Shown here: positions 19,353 to 29,051 of the stretch, piece by piece
How positions within the stretch are numbered: position 1 is the first letter of the stretch
Layout of the letters: the number at the start of each line of letters is the position of its first letter
Source of the DNA: an uncultured Planctomycetia bacterium
GTDB taxonomy: Bacteria; Omnitrophota; Gorgyraeia; CAYVEO01
DNA: 59,211 nucleotides
Direction of reading: 5' to 3'
Assembly: GCA_964449965.1 (NCBI GenBank)
Contig: CAYVEO010000004.1
Coordinates: 213 to 59,423 of the forward strand
Made by a program: the position numbers and the translations under genes
The notes under the pieces: generated by a model
Seen by the model: only the letters and a program-made list of their open reading frames with translations
What the model was told of the DNA's origin: nothing
Database searches by the model: none

Positions 19353-21106
19353 AAGATCGCTGTATAGTAAAATATCTACCTAACGTCTGGAAAGAGGGAC
19401 AACTCTTTGCCTATTCGGGATTAGATGGGAAAACAGATTGGGAAAGACCATTAACCGGAATTTCTTTAGCTGAAAAGTGTGGTTTTATATTTCATTCACA
19501 AGATACGAGGGGTCTTTTTATAGAGATTAAAATAGGGGATGACACTTATGATAAGGTTAAACCAGGAGAAAGGCACATAGTTACATCCGATGTAGTCAAC
19601 CTCGTTATGGTAAATAATGATAGAGTGAGGATAGAAGTCACATATTTATTTTATGACTGTTATACTATCCTGGTTAAAATCATGGTAAAAAATAAGACTA
19701 AGAAGACAATTACCTCTAAAATTGATATGGTTGGTATAACAGAAAAAGATAAGAGAATTGTTAAAGGAGAGATACTCAATCTAAAGTCTAAAGAAGAAAG
19801 CGGGTATCTTTATGCCTACAAAATAAATGGAGAATTAAACAAGGAGCAATTGACAAAGGATTTTGATGAGATATGTATAAATAGATTAATATATTTCAAG
19901 CATTTACCCAAGCCAAAGAGTAAAGATGAAAAGGAATTAAGGACCTATTACAAAGCATTTTCAGTCTTAAAGGCAAATATTTATAGTCCACAAGGAAAGA
20001 TAAAATACCGGTGGACCACACCTGATAAATATCCTCATCAGCACATGTGGTTATGGGATTCTGCATTTCAGGCAATTGGTTACAAATACATTAATGGTAA
20101 AATGGGTGAAGATACGATTCAGGCAATGTTATCTGTTCAGTCAGGAGATGGATATATCCCTTTATGTGCGAATCCTGAATTAGTAGAGATAGTGGTGGAT
20201 AACACTATGCTTACCCAGCCTCCTACATTAGCCTGGGCTACCTGGAATGTTTATAAATATACCAAGAACAAAGAATTCTTGAAATATTGTTTGCCAAGAT
20301 TAAAAAGATATATAAAGTGGTTATTTAAGAATAGGGATACTAACAAAAATGGTCTATTAGAATGGTATGTAAGACCAAATGACTATATTTGTCCATGCGG
20401 TGAGTCAGGCATGGATAACTCATCAAGATTTCTTCATGGAGAAAGGATAGATAGCATAGACTTAAGTGCTTTGGTTGTTAATGAGATAAGACACATTGAA
20501 TTAATGACTAAGGAGATAGGAGAAACTGAAGACAAAGACTTCACGCATAAGAAAAAGCAACTGGTAAATTTGATAAATGAGAAGATGTGGGATGATGAAG
20601 ATAAGTTTTATTATGACTTAAGACCAAACGGCAACCATCTGAAGATAAAGACAATAGCATCGTTCTTTCCTCTTCTGGCAAAAGTGGCAAGTAAAGAACA
20701 GGCGAGGTATCTTATAAAACACCTGAAAGATCCTGAAGAATTCTGGTCAGAGTTTCCAGTGAGGACACTTGCAAAGGATGAACCATCATTTGATCGGAAT
20801 ATGTGGCGTGGTCCTGTATGGATAAACTGTAATTACCTCGTAATCTGTGGTCTTAGAGAGTATGGTTACAAAGACATTGCCAATGAGATATCCCAAAGGA
20901 TGGTAAAACAGGTATCTATGTGGTATAATAAGGAAGGCAGCATATTTGAGTTATATCATGATGAGGGTAAGTCGCCACTCCAACTGCCGCGCAAGGATGC
21001 ACATGGAGAAGAAGTGAGGAGGGTATTGTGTGATTATGGCTGGGCATGTGCTATTTACATTGAACTGCTTTTAAATAGAAATCTAACAGATTATAAATCG
21101 CGGTGA
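19349..21106 (+). CDS. GH63/MGH1-like (alpha/alpha)6 glycoside hydrolase
   Basis: WLWDSAF, TQPP, ESGMDNS, WRGPVW. Confidence 0.85.
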   Translation: MKDRCIVKYLPNVWKEGQLFAYSGLDGKTDWERPLTGISLAEKCGFIFHSQDTRGLFIEIKIGDDTYDKVKPGERHIVTSDVVNLVMVNNDRVRIEVTYLFYDCYTILVKIMVKNKTKKTITSKIDMVGITEKDKRIVKGEILNLKSKEESGYLYAYKINGELNKEQLTKDFDEICINRLIYFKHLPKPKSKDEKELRTYYKAFSVLKANIYSPQGKIKYRWTTPDKYPHQHMWLWDSAFQAIGYKYINGKMGEDTIQAMLSVQSGDGYIPLCANPELVEIVVDNTMLTQPPTLAWATWNVYKYTKNKEFLKYCLPRLKRYIKWLFKNRDTNKNGLLEWYVRPNDYICPCGESGMDNSSRFLHGERIDSIDLSALVVNEIRHIELMTKEIGETEDKDFTHKKKQLVNLINEKMWDDEDKFYYDLRPNGNHLKIKTIASFFPLLAKVASKEQARYLIKHLKDPEEFWSEFPVRTLAKDEPSFDRNMWRGPVWINCNYLVICGLREYGYKDIANEISQRMVKQVSMWYNKEGSIFELYHDEGKSPLQLPRKDAHGEEVRRVLCDYGWACAIYIELLLNRNLTDYKSR

Positions 21107-21983
21107 AGAGATTAGGCTCTGAACATATTATTCATGAAATGGGTCCTGAAAATCTACCTGCCATAGAAATAAATATTGGTGAAACACTTATTGTAGAAAC
21201 ATTAGATTGCTATGGCGGCAGGGTAAACTCTTCTCCGGAATCATATGAATATGCCAGTCACCGAAACGAAACCCTGCTACTGGACCTATTTTTATCAGAG
21301 GCGTTAAACCGGGAGATATATTGGTAGTTTCTATTAAGAATATACAAATAGATAACAGGGGACTAATGGTTTTGAGACCAGGGATTGGCATTCTTGGAGA
21401 CAAGATAAAAACTATGCGGGTAAAGGAAATTCTTATTCAAGATAAGCATGCAATATTAAATAATAGGCATTTACCTTTGCGTCCAATGATAGGTGTGATA
21501 GGCGTTGCTCTTAAAAGTGAGAAAATTTCCACACGGATACCCGGTTCGCATGGAGGGAATATGGATACATCAGATATATCAGAAGGGGTAGAGGTCTTAT
21601 TGCCAGTCCAGGTACCTGGTGCACTACTTGCCATAGGTGATGTTCATGCAGCAATGGGTGATGGTGAGGTAAGTGGTACTGGGATAGAGATTAGAGCAGA
21701 AGTTACTATCCAGGTAGGCATAGTTCCTGATTCTATCCAACTTTGCCCCATGGTTAGAACAACAGATAATGTTATTTCCATAGCATCAGATAATAATTTG
21801 GCAACTGCTATAAAGATGGCAGTAGATGATATGGTGAGAACGGTAATGCAAACGGGGTTAAGTTTTGAAGAAGCATATATGATAGTAGGTGCATGTGGTG
21901 ACTTACGTGTGAGCCAATTAGTCAATCCACAGGTAACGGTACGAATGGTTGTACCAAGAGCCGTTTTTGAAGGAAGATTTTAA
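21103..21983 (+). pseudogene. Acetamidase/formamidase-family gene, frameshifted at a 5-bp duplication
   Basis: ETLDC in ORF 21103..21327; NPATGPIFI..GDIL, HGGNMD and GDVHAAMGDGE in the other frame; CGAAA duplicated at 21262-21271. Confidence 0.85.
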
Positions 21984-21985
21984 AA

Positions 21986-22177
21986 GGAGAAGAGGCGTTT
22001 ACCAGGGCACTTGCTTGTGAGTGGGCTAAGTATAATATTCGTATTAACGGAGTAGATCCAGGACATATTGCTACTGAGGATGACCTAAAGCTGTTCAGGA
22101 ATAACATGGCAATATGCAAGAGAATCCTTCTTGGAAGGCTTGGTAAGGTAGAAGAAATAAGGGATCAGGTCAGATAA
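21986..22177 (+). pseudogene. C-terminal remnant of a short-chain dehydrogenase/reductase
   Basis: Startless frame reads FTRALACEWAKYNIRINGVDPG...RILLGRLGKVEEI. Confidence 0.75.
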
Positions 22178-22202
22178 TCCATGTTGAAGGGGGACTGATG
22201 TC

Positions 22203-23270
22203 GTGGCAATGCCTACAGGGACGAGCATGAGAATTGACAAAAAAGAAATAGTGGAACTGGCATTAAATTGCGAAGAAGTATTTCATCCTCCATGGTATGA
22301 CTTAATAAGAAACGATGCAGTCATAAAATATTTCTCAGGAGAGAGATTAACTATAGAGGATGGTAAGATAATAACTTTAAAGGCAATGTCAAAGATGTTA
22401 GATGCCACAAAACAATTTATGCGATTTCCTCAAAAGGAAGAAATTGTAGAAGAAAATGGGCAATTAGTAGAACGTAAACGATGGACATCCTGGATAGTGA
22501 AATCAGAAGAATATGATAAAGAAAGATTGATAGAAAAAATAAAAAAGATAATCAGTAGTTATAATGGCTGGAGTAAAGAGCATCAGGTTGAACTTGAGGG
22601 ACGCATTTCAGATTTAAAAGAGAAACAGGCATATATGCCTGATGTAACTATATTCATAAGTGGAAATTGCGGGGGTCCATATACTCTTGCCAGTTATTGT
22701 GGAGGATTTGATAAGTTATCTTATCTGATGGCAGATGAACCACTTCTTATTTCAGAGGTTCTTGAGGTTATGTTTTGTGAGAGTCTTGACATAATCAAAC
22801 ACCTGCCTGATAAACCACTTTCACCCATGGTTTTTGTAGGAGAAGATATAGCTTACAAAGGTGGACTGGTATTTTCACCCACATTTTTAAGAAAGGAGTT
22901 TTTCCCTCGTTTCAAAAAAATAGTTGAGGCATACCATAAAAAGGGGTTAAAGGTAATGTTCCATTCTGATGGAAATATTATGGAGATAATGGATGACTTA
23001 ATGGATTGCGGGATAGATGCCTTGAACCCTATAGAGACAATGGCTGGAATGAACTTAAAAGAATTGAGACAGAGGTATTCCAAATTAGTTTTGGTAGGTG
23101 GGATAGATTGCAGTTCGTTATTACCCTATGGTAGTCCATCTGAGATAAAAGAGGTTGTACAACAGGCTATAAAAGATACTAAGTATGGATATTTTATAGG
23201 CTCATCCAGTGAAATACACAACGAAATACCTCTTGAAAATGTTATTGCAATGGTAAATGAGATAATTTAA
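22203..23270 (+). CDS. URO-D / MtaA-CmuA family protein (3 of 5)
   Basis: GEDIAYK, FHSDGN, NPIE, GGIDCS, SSSEIH. Confidence 0.85.
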   Translation: MAMPTGTSMRIDKKEIVELALNCEEVFHPPWYDLIRNDAVIKYFSGERLTIEDGKIITLKAMSKMLDATKQFMRFPQKEEIVEENGQLVERKRWTSWIVKSEEYDKERLIEKIKKIISSYNGWSKEHQVELEGRISDLKEKQAYMPDVTIFISGNCGGPYTLASYCGGFDKLSYLMADEPLLISEVLEVMFCESLDIIKHLPDKPLSPMVFVGEDIAYKGGLVFSPTFLRKEFFPRFKKIVEAYHKKGLKVMFHSDGNIMEIMDDLMDCGIDALNPIETMAGMNLKELRQRYSKLVLVGGIDCSSLLPYGSPSEIKEVVQQAIKDTKYGYFIGSSSEIHNEIPLENVIAMVNEII

Positions 23271-23283
23271 CCGATTTTAAAGA

Positions 23284-24417
23284 TTGTTTGAGGGAAAAAG
23301 TATTATGTATGGGGTAGGCGATGTCTTAAAATTACTGAGGGTTGATTTAAAGATATTAGAAAAAGGTAAAGAAAGACAGAGTAAAATCTGGCGAAATGAA
23401 GAGCCTGATTCTCTGCCTATTATTCTATCAGCAGGGAGTCTTCCTGAAAGGCAGAACTTCCCGAGATATAATATGAAGGAACAATTTTATGATAAAGAGA
23501 AGATGCTGATAGAACATCTGTGGGTATTAATAGTCCAGTGTCGTACCAATAGTGATGGACAGTTATCTGTAAGGGCAAATTTAGGCACAGGTTTTATTCC
23601 GAGTGTTTTTGGACTGAATGTATCAGTCTTTGAGGATAAGATGCCATGGATAGAGAAACACCTGACAAAGAAGGAGATTATCAATTTTGAATTTCCAGGA
23701 GATATTAAAAATTGCGGTCTAATTCCAAGAGCACTTAAATATATAGAATATTTTAAAGAAAAACTTGAAAGGAAAGCCCATATATATATCTCAGACACCC
23801 AGGGCCCATTTGATATAGCCCATTTGGTGAGAGGTGAAGAAATATTCACTGACATATACGATGACCCGAAGTTTGTCCACAGGCTTATGGAATTATCAAC
23901 TATGGCATACATTGAAGTAACAAAGGTATTAAAGAATGCAATAGGTGAAGAGTTAAATAGAGGGTATCATGGGCCAATGTATATGAGTAATGGAGGAGTA
24001 AGGATATGTGAAGACACAACAACCCTTTTATCTCCATCTTTGGTCAAAGAATTTGTCCTTCCCTATACAAAGAAGGCATTGGAACCTTTTGGTGGAGGTT
24101 GGATACATTTCTGTGGCAATGGTAATCATATGTTAGATTTATTCTTAGAATTAGAAGAGGTAAAAGGTGTTAACTTAGGTAATTCTGAGATGCACAATTA
24201 TGACCAGGTGATGGAAAAACTCTTAGATAGAGGGAAATTTTATTACGGCGGTTGGCCCAAAAAAAATGGTGAGGATGTGCGAGATTATTTTAAGAGAATC
24301 TTAAGACCATTAAACGGCATAAGAAAATCCTTGATATTTACCCCATGTGGGGGTAAAGAAGAGGATTGGCATAATCCGGATAATGTGATCGCCTTGTGGC
24401 ATTCACTATTAAAATAG
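23284..24417 (+). CDS. Divergent URO-D / MtaA-like protein (4 of 5)
   Basis: DTQGPFDIAHLVRG, DIYDDP, LLSP, WIHFCG; start may be ATG 23305. Confidence 0.75.
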   Translation: MFEGKSIMYGVGDVLKLLRVDLKILEKGKERQSKIWRNEEPDSLPIILSAGSLPERQNFPRYNMKEQFYDKEKMLIEHLWVLIVQCRTNSDGQLSVRANLGTGFIPSVFGLNVSVFEDKMPWIEKHLTKKEIINFEFPGDIKNCGLIPRALKYIEYFKEKLERKAHIYISDTQGPFDIAHLVRGEEIFTDIYDDPKFVHRLMELSTMAYIEVTKVLKNAIGEELNRGYHGPMYMSNGGVRICEDTTTLLSPSLVKEFVLPYTKKALEPFGGGWIHFCGNGNHMLDLFLELEEVKGVNLGNSEMHNYDQVMEKLLDRGKFYYGGWPKKNGEDVRDYFKRILRPLNGIRKSLIFTPCGGKEEDWHNPDNVIALWHSLLK

Positions 24418-24432
24418 ATGAAGAAAAAATAA

Positions 24433-25626
24433 ATGACAGATAAAGAACGGTATTTAGAGACTATTCGTTTTGGAAAACCTGACAGGATTCCATATGCATT
24501 TAGCCACCCCAGGGAATCAACAATGTCTGCATGGTATTACCAGGGTTTAAAACACGGGGTTGATTTGAAGCAGGTTATGGGGTATGACCACTGGGAATTT
24601 GTGCCTGTGGACTTGTTGCCTTTACCACGTTTTGAGCAGATAACATTAGAAGAAGATGAAGATAAAAAGATTTGGATAGATGAGTTAGGGACAAAACGCA
24701 TTGACCATAAAAATCCAGCTACCCCTGGATTTGTTACCCGCTCATGGCTTGAGTTTCCTGTGAAGAATAGGTCAGACTTTGAAAAGATGAAGAGACGTTA
24801 CCAACCTGACACTAAAGGCCGTTTCCTAGATAATTGGCCAGATTATGTAACCAGCCATAAGGATAGGTGCTATGTACTCCAATTAACTGTTTATGGGCCA
24901 TTCTGGAGAGTCCGTGACTGGGTAGGTTTTGAAAATATTTGTATGTTATGTGCTACTGACCCTGTTTTTGTCCATGATATGATGGAATATGTGATTGATT
25001 TTACTATCGAGACCCTTAAAGGTAAGATTTCAGAATTGGCAGTTGATTTTGTCTTTATCAGTGAAGATATGGCATATAAGACTGCATCTATGATTTCTCC
25101 ACAAATGGTTAGAGAACTTATGGTGACGGGTTACCAGAGGCTGATGAATTTCTTACATTCCCATAATGTGCAAAGCGTCATTATGGACTGTGATGGACAT
25201 GTTGAGGAACTTATTCCCATCTGGATTGAATTAGGTATTAATGGTACCTGGCCAGTGGAAATAGCTGCACATAATGACCCGATTACCTATCGTAAGAAAT
25301 ACGGTAAGAAGTTTGCTCTTTTGGGCACTATAGACAAACGAGAACTCAGATTTGATTTTGCACATGTCAAACAAGAGGTGATGAGTAAAGTTCCCTATCT
25401 TGTTGAGCAAGGAGGCTATATTCCTGGTGTAGACCATGGTGTGCCACCAGATGTACCCATACGCAATTTTTTATACATGGCAGAATTAATTAAGGCTATT
25501 GCTGAGGGACGTGATGTTGATAAAGTAAATATCGACCCATATAAGGATATCCTTGGTCCGATAAAACAGGAATGGAGTATGGAACTGGCTAAGAGAATTG
25601 TGATGCAGGATGCCATGGAAGGATAA
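24433..25626 (+). CDS. URO-D / MtaA-CmuA family protein (5 of 5)
   Basis: MTDKERY...PDRIP, EDMAYK, DCDGH, GTIDKR, GGYIPGVDH. Confidence 0.85.
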   Translation: MTDKERYLETIRFGKPDRIPYAFSHPRESTMSAWYYQGLKHGVDLKQVMGYDHWEFVPVDLLPLPRFEQITLEEDEDKKIWIDELGTKRIDHKNPATPGFVTRSWLEFPVKNRSDFEKMKRRYQPDTKGRFLDNWPDYVTSHKDRCYVLQLTVYGPFWRVRDWVGFENICMLCATDPVFVHDMMEYVIDFTIETLKGKISELAVDFVFISEDMAYKTASMISPQMVRELMVTGYQRLMNFLHSHNVQSVIMDCDGHVEELIPIWIELGINGTWPVEIAAHNDPITYRKKYGKKFALLGTIDKRELRFDFAHVKQEVMSKVPYLVEQGGYIPGVDHGVPPDVPIRNFLYMAELIKAIAEGRDVDKVNIDPYKDILGPIKQEWSMELAKRIVMQDAMEG

Positions 25627-25710
25627 ATTATTATACCTCAAAGTGAAATACTTCTTGATACCAGACGTAAAAGTGGACACTCTGTGCCTGGATCGGTTTT
25701 GGAAAATAAT

Positions 25711-25739
25711 TTGACTTTTGGGAAAAGTTGTACTATATT
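25711..25739 (+). promoter_or_regulatory. sigma70 promoter
   Basis: TTGACT-N17-TATATT. Confidence 0.6.
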
Positions 25740-25792
25740 TTAAAATAGAAGAGGGCATTTAACCTCAAAGGAGAAGTAGATTAATATCAAAA

Positions 25793-26995
25793 ATGAATGA
25801 GAAAGAGATTCTTTTTGACCATAGCAGATTAACTACATTAATGGATAAAGGAGGACTTGATCTAATCCTTGCTTCCCGTCGACAAAATGTTGCTTACTTA
25901 AGCGGAATGACAGAAATAATTTATTGGGAATATCCTAATGTTACACACATTCTTGAAATACAAGAGGATGGTTGTGAATCAGCGGATTATTTTGTCGGGA
26001 TAGCAAAAAACGACAGTATTACTCCATTCGCAGTAGTCCACCAAAGTAGAGTTTATTCCTGGCAAAATAGTTGGATTTCGGATGTTCAACCCTGGTGTAA
26101 TGGTTTAAAACTGAAGGCAACAGATATGATTGTTGAATCAATTACAAAGAGAGGACTTACAGAAGCGACTATTGGTATAGAAATGAATCACATTCCGTCT
26201 AATCATTTAGCAGAACTAAAAGAACGGCTCCCTAAGGTGAAATTTAAAGTGGCTGATACAATATTCTGGAAGATGAGAATGGTAAAGACCAAGACTGAAT
26301 TATTTAGACAAAGGAAGGCGTATGAGATAGCAGAAAATATTTATACCGAATTAATGAAAGAATTACACGATGGCATGACAGTGAGTAAGGTGCGTGAGTT
26401 GGAAATGGCTGTTGCGATAAAGTTCAATTGTCCTCCGCTTCATTTTGGTTATGTGAAGCCAGTTTATAATCCATATGGCGGGATAGTGTCTCCATATTTT
26501 AACTATCAAGACAACACTGAAGTTCATAACCAGACTCGCCTGCGGCAAGGAGACCTTATTCTTTCTGACATTGGATTAGTATTTTGTGGATATACCACAG
26601 ATTTTGGACGGATGATTTCTATCGGTAAGGCAGATGCTAAGACTAAGAATGCTTACCAGATAATTCTTGAGGCAAGAAAGGTTCTTGAAGATGCTGTAAG
26701 ACCTGGCAGAAAGATTTCAGAAGTATATACCTCTGGTGCAAAATACTTAGCCGAGCACGGCATTCACAATATTCCTTATCTTGGTCATAGTATTGGCATG
26801 GAATGTCATGAACTGCCCAGCATAGTTGAACACGACCATACGGTAATAGAAGGGGGAATGACGTTGGTGTTGGAACTTTGTCCTGAGGTAGACGGAATCT
26901 GGTTTCTGCTTGAGAATGCAGGTGTAGTGACTGGAGATGGGTGGCAGAGCCTGACAGAACTTACTGTAGATATTATGGAGACGGGCACACAATAG
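25793..26995 (+). CDS. M24 (Xaa-Pro aminopeptidase / creatinase-like) peptidase
   Basis: SDIG...YTTDFGR, GHSIGMECHE, LEL, LEN metal ligands. Confidence 0.88.
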   Translation: MNEKEILFDHSRLTTLMDKGGLDLILASRRQNVAYLSGMTEIIYWEYPNVTHILEIQEDGCESADYFVGIAKNDSITPFAVVHQSRVYSWQNSWISDVQPWCNGLKLKATDMIVESITKRGLTEATIGIEMNHIPSNHLAELKERLPKVKFKVADTIFWKMRMVKTKTELFRQRKAYEIAENIYTELMKELHDGMTVSKVRELEMAVAIKFNCPPLHFGYVKPVYNPYGGIVSPYFNYQDNTEVHNQTRLRQGDLILSDIGLVFCGYTTDFGRMISIGKADAKTKNAYQIILEARKVLEDAVRPGRKISEVYTSGAKYLAEHGIHNIPYLGHSIGMECHELPSIVEHDHTVIEGGMTLVLELCPEVDGIWFLLENAGVVTGDGWQSLTELTVDIMETGTQ

Positions 26996-28168
26996 ATGAA
27001 AGAGAATGTATCACATGGGATTATGGAATTGCCGAGAGTAGGCTCACGTATAATTGATGGTGAGATTGAAAAGTTATGCAACTCAGGACATGAAGTTTTA
27101 CCGCTTAGAGGCTATCCATATCGTTCATTACCAGAACATATTTTAGAAATGGTAAAGAGTGCGTTAAAAAAGATTGAACATTCCCCATCCCAGGGACTTT
27201 GGGAACTCAGGGAATCAATTAGCAGTCGTTTGACAGAAGAATTAAAGATAACTGTGAATCCCAGTGAGATTATAGTGACTAATGGTGCGATGGATGCACT
27301 TAACATTGTTTTTAATGTATTACTGGATGTAGATGATGAGGTCATTATATTTTCACCCTGTTTTTTCTTTGAAGGGATTATCAGAATGGCTGGTGGTAAA
27401 ATAAAGTATATAAAACTGGATGAGAATGATAAGTATGCCCTGGATATTAATAAATTAGAATCATCTATAACCCCAAAAGTAAAGGCAATACTTGTAACCA
27501 CACCCAATAATCCCACAGGGCATGTAGCAACAAGAGAGGAGTTAGAGACAATCTCTGAAATTGCGAAAAGATTCAACATTTGGGTTATATCTGATGAATC
27601 TTATGACCGTTTTATCTATGATGGATATAAACATCATAGTATTCTCTCAATACAGGGTGCGAGAGAACGAACGGTGCTGGTGAGGAGTTTCACTAAAAGT
27701 TTTTGTATGGCTGACTGGCGGGTAGGATATATTGTATGTCCTTTAGAAATAGTAGAATCTTGTATAAAAGTTCTAGAATGGAGAATTCTATACAATAACT
27801 TCCTTTCTCAAAAGGTAGCAGCGATTGTATTGCAAAATTCTGAGGATTGGATAAGTGATACGATAAAAGGATTTCATATCAACAGGGATTTGATGTTTAA
27901 CGGAATTAAGAGTATAGAACAGATACATGCTGTTAAGCCCATGGGCGGACCGTTCTTCTTTGTCAATATTGAGAAACTTAGCATACCGTGTGAAATATTT
28001 TCACGGGTTTTACTTTATGAATATGGAATACCTACTACACCTGGTTGCTGGCATCAGGAATGTAATCATTTTCGTATTGCTTTTGGAGGGGAGAAAGAAA
28101 ATATATATAAAGCAGTTGAAAGAATTAAAAAAGCTGTCAAGAATATCCAAGGGAGGGAAAATGCTTAA
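26996..28168 (+). CDS. Class I/II PLP aminotransferase (AspC-like)
   Basis: PNNPTG, ISDESY, SFTKSFCMADWRVG. Confidence 0.9.
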   Translation: MKENVSHGIMELPRVGSRIIDGEIEKLCNSGHEVLPLRGYPYRSLPEHILEMVKSALKKIEHSPSQGLWELRESISSRLTEELKITVNPSEIIVTNGAMDALNIVFNVLLDVDDEVIIFSPCFFFEGIIRMAGGKIKYIKLDENDKYALDINKLESSITPKVKAILVTTPNNPTGHVATREELETISEIAKRFNIWVISDESYDRFIYDGYKHHSILSIQGARERTVLVRSFTKSFCMADWRVGYIVCPLEIVESCIKVLEWRILYNNFLSQKVAAIVLQNSEDWISDTIKGFHINRDLMFNGIKSIEQIHAVKPMGGPFFFVNIEKLSIPCEIFSRVLLYEYGIPTTPGCWHQECNHFRIAFGGEKENIYKAVERIKKAVKNIQGRENA

Positions 28169-28244
28169 AGATAAAAAGACAAGATACGGATTTTTATTTG
28201 GACCATGGAACATACATACTGATAATGTAGCACATTTATTATAA
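28161..28244 (+). pseudogene. 27-codon N-terminal gene remnant, possibly of a xylose-isomerase-like TIM-barrel gene
   Basis: SD GGGAGG + ATG; MLKDKKTRYGFLFGPWNIH... then stop. Confidence 0.4.
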
Positions 28245-28265
28245 AGATGTTTTGGAGATTTTCGG

Positions 28266-29051
28266 ATGAAAATATATATCATTACCGATATGGAAGGAAT
28301 TAGCGGGGTATTATTAAAGGAACAACTTACCAAGGGAAATCTAGAGTATGAACGCGCGCGTCATCTACTTTCAAAAGAGGTTAATGCATCTATAGAGGCA
28401 ACATTTGGGGCTGGAGCTAAAGAGGTGGTAGTTAATGATGGTCACGCTACTGGCTATAATTTCCTGATTGAGGAGATGAATACAAAGGCAAAGTATGTGA
28501 TGGGTCATGGGCGAGTGAATATACTGGCAGGACTGGATGAAACATTTCAGGCTGTGCTAATGATTGGTTATCATGCTATGGCCGGAACGAAGGACGCTGT
28601 TTGGGACCACACGCAAAACTGGGACACATGGAGAAATTATTATATCAATGGAAGAAGGACAGGGGAGATAGGTCAAATGGCTGCATTAGCCGGCTATTAT
28701 AAAGTGCCTGTAATTTTTGTCAGCGGTGACTATGCAGCTACCCAGGAAGCAAAGGAATTTTTAGGAGATGTTGAGACCGTGGCTGTCAAGAAAGGTTATG
28801 GTCGGAATTTTGCTGAGTGTTTAGCCCCAGAAGTTACATATCAATTGATTAGAGAAGGAATAAAAAAATCCTTCTCTAAAATCGGAAAAGTAAAACCGTA
28901 TATTTTGGATAATCCGGTAGAAATAAAACTTGAGGTCTCCACAAGCGATATCGCCGACAATCTTGAAAAAAATGGTTGTCTTAGAATTGATGCTCGGACT
29001 GTTAGTAAAATAGTAGATAGTCCATTGAAGATATTAACATTAGAGGGATGA
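28266..29051 (+). CDS. dppA: M55 D-aminopeptidase (DppA family)
   Basis: TDMEG, VNDGH, GYHA, DHT, SGD. Confidence 0.88.
   Translation: MKIYIITDMEGISGVLLKEQLTKGNLEYERARHLLSKEVNASIEATFGAGAKEVVVNDGHATGYNFLIEEMNTKAKYVMGHGRVNILAGLDETFQAVLMIGYHAMAGTKDAVWDHTQNWDTWRNYYINGRRTGEIGQMAALAGYYKVPVIFVSGDYAATQEAKEFLGDVETVAVKKGYGRNFAECLAPEVTYQLIREGIKKSFSKIGKVKPYILDNPVEIKLEVSTSDIADNLEKNGCLRIDARTVSKIVDSPLKILTLEG

Noticed and set aside
14417-25626. Calling the URO-D-family genes hemE (heme biosynthesis)
   Set aside because: They lack the HemE RQAGR motif, occur in five diverged copies and have no tetrapyrrole genes nearby
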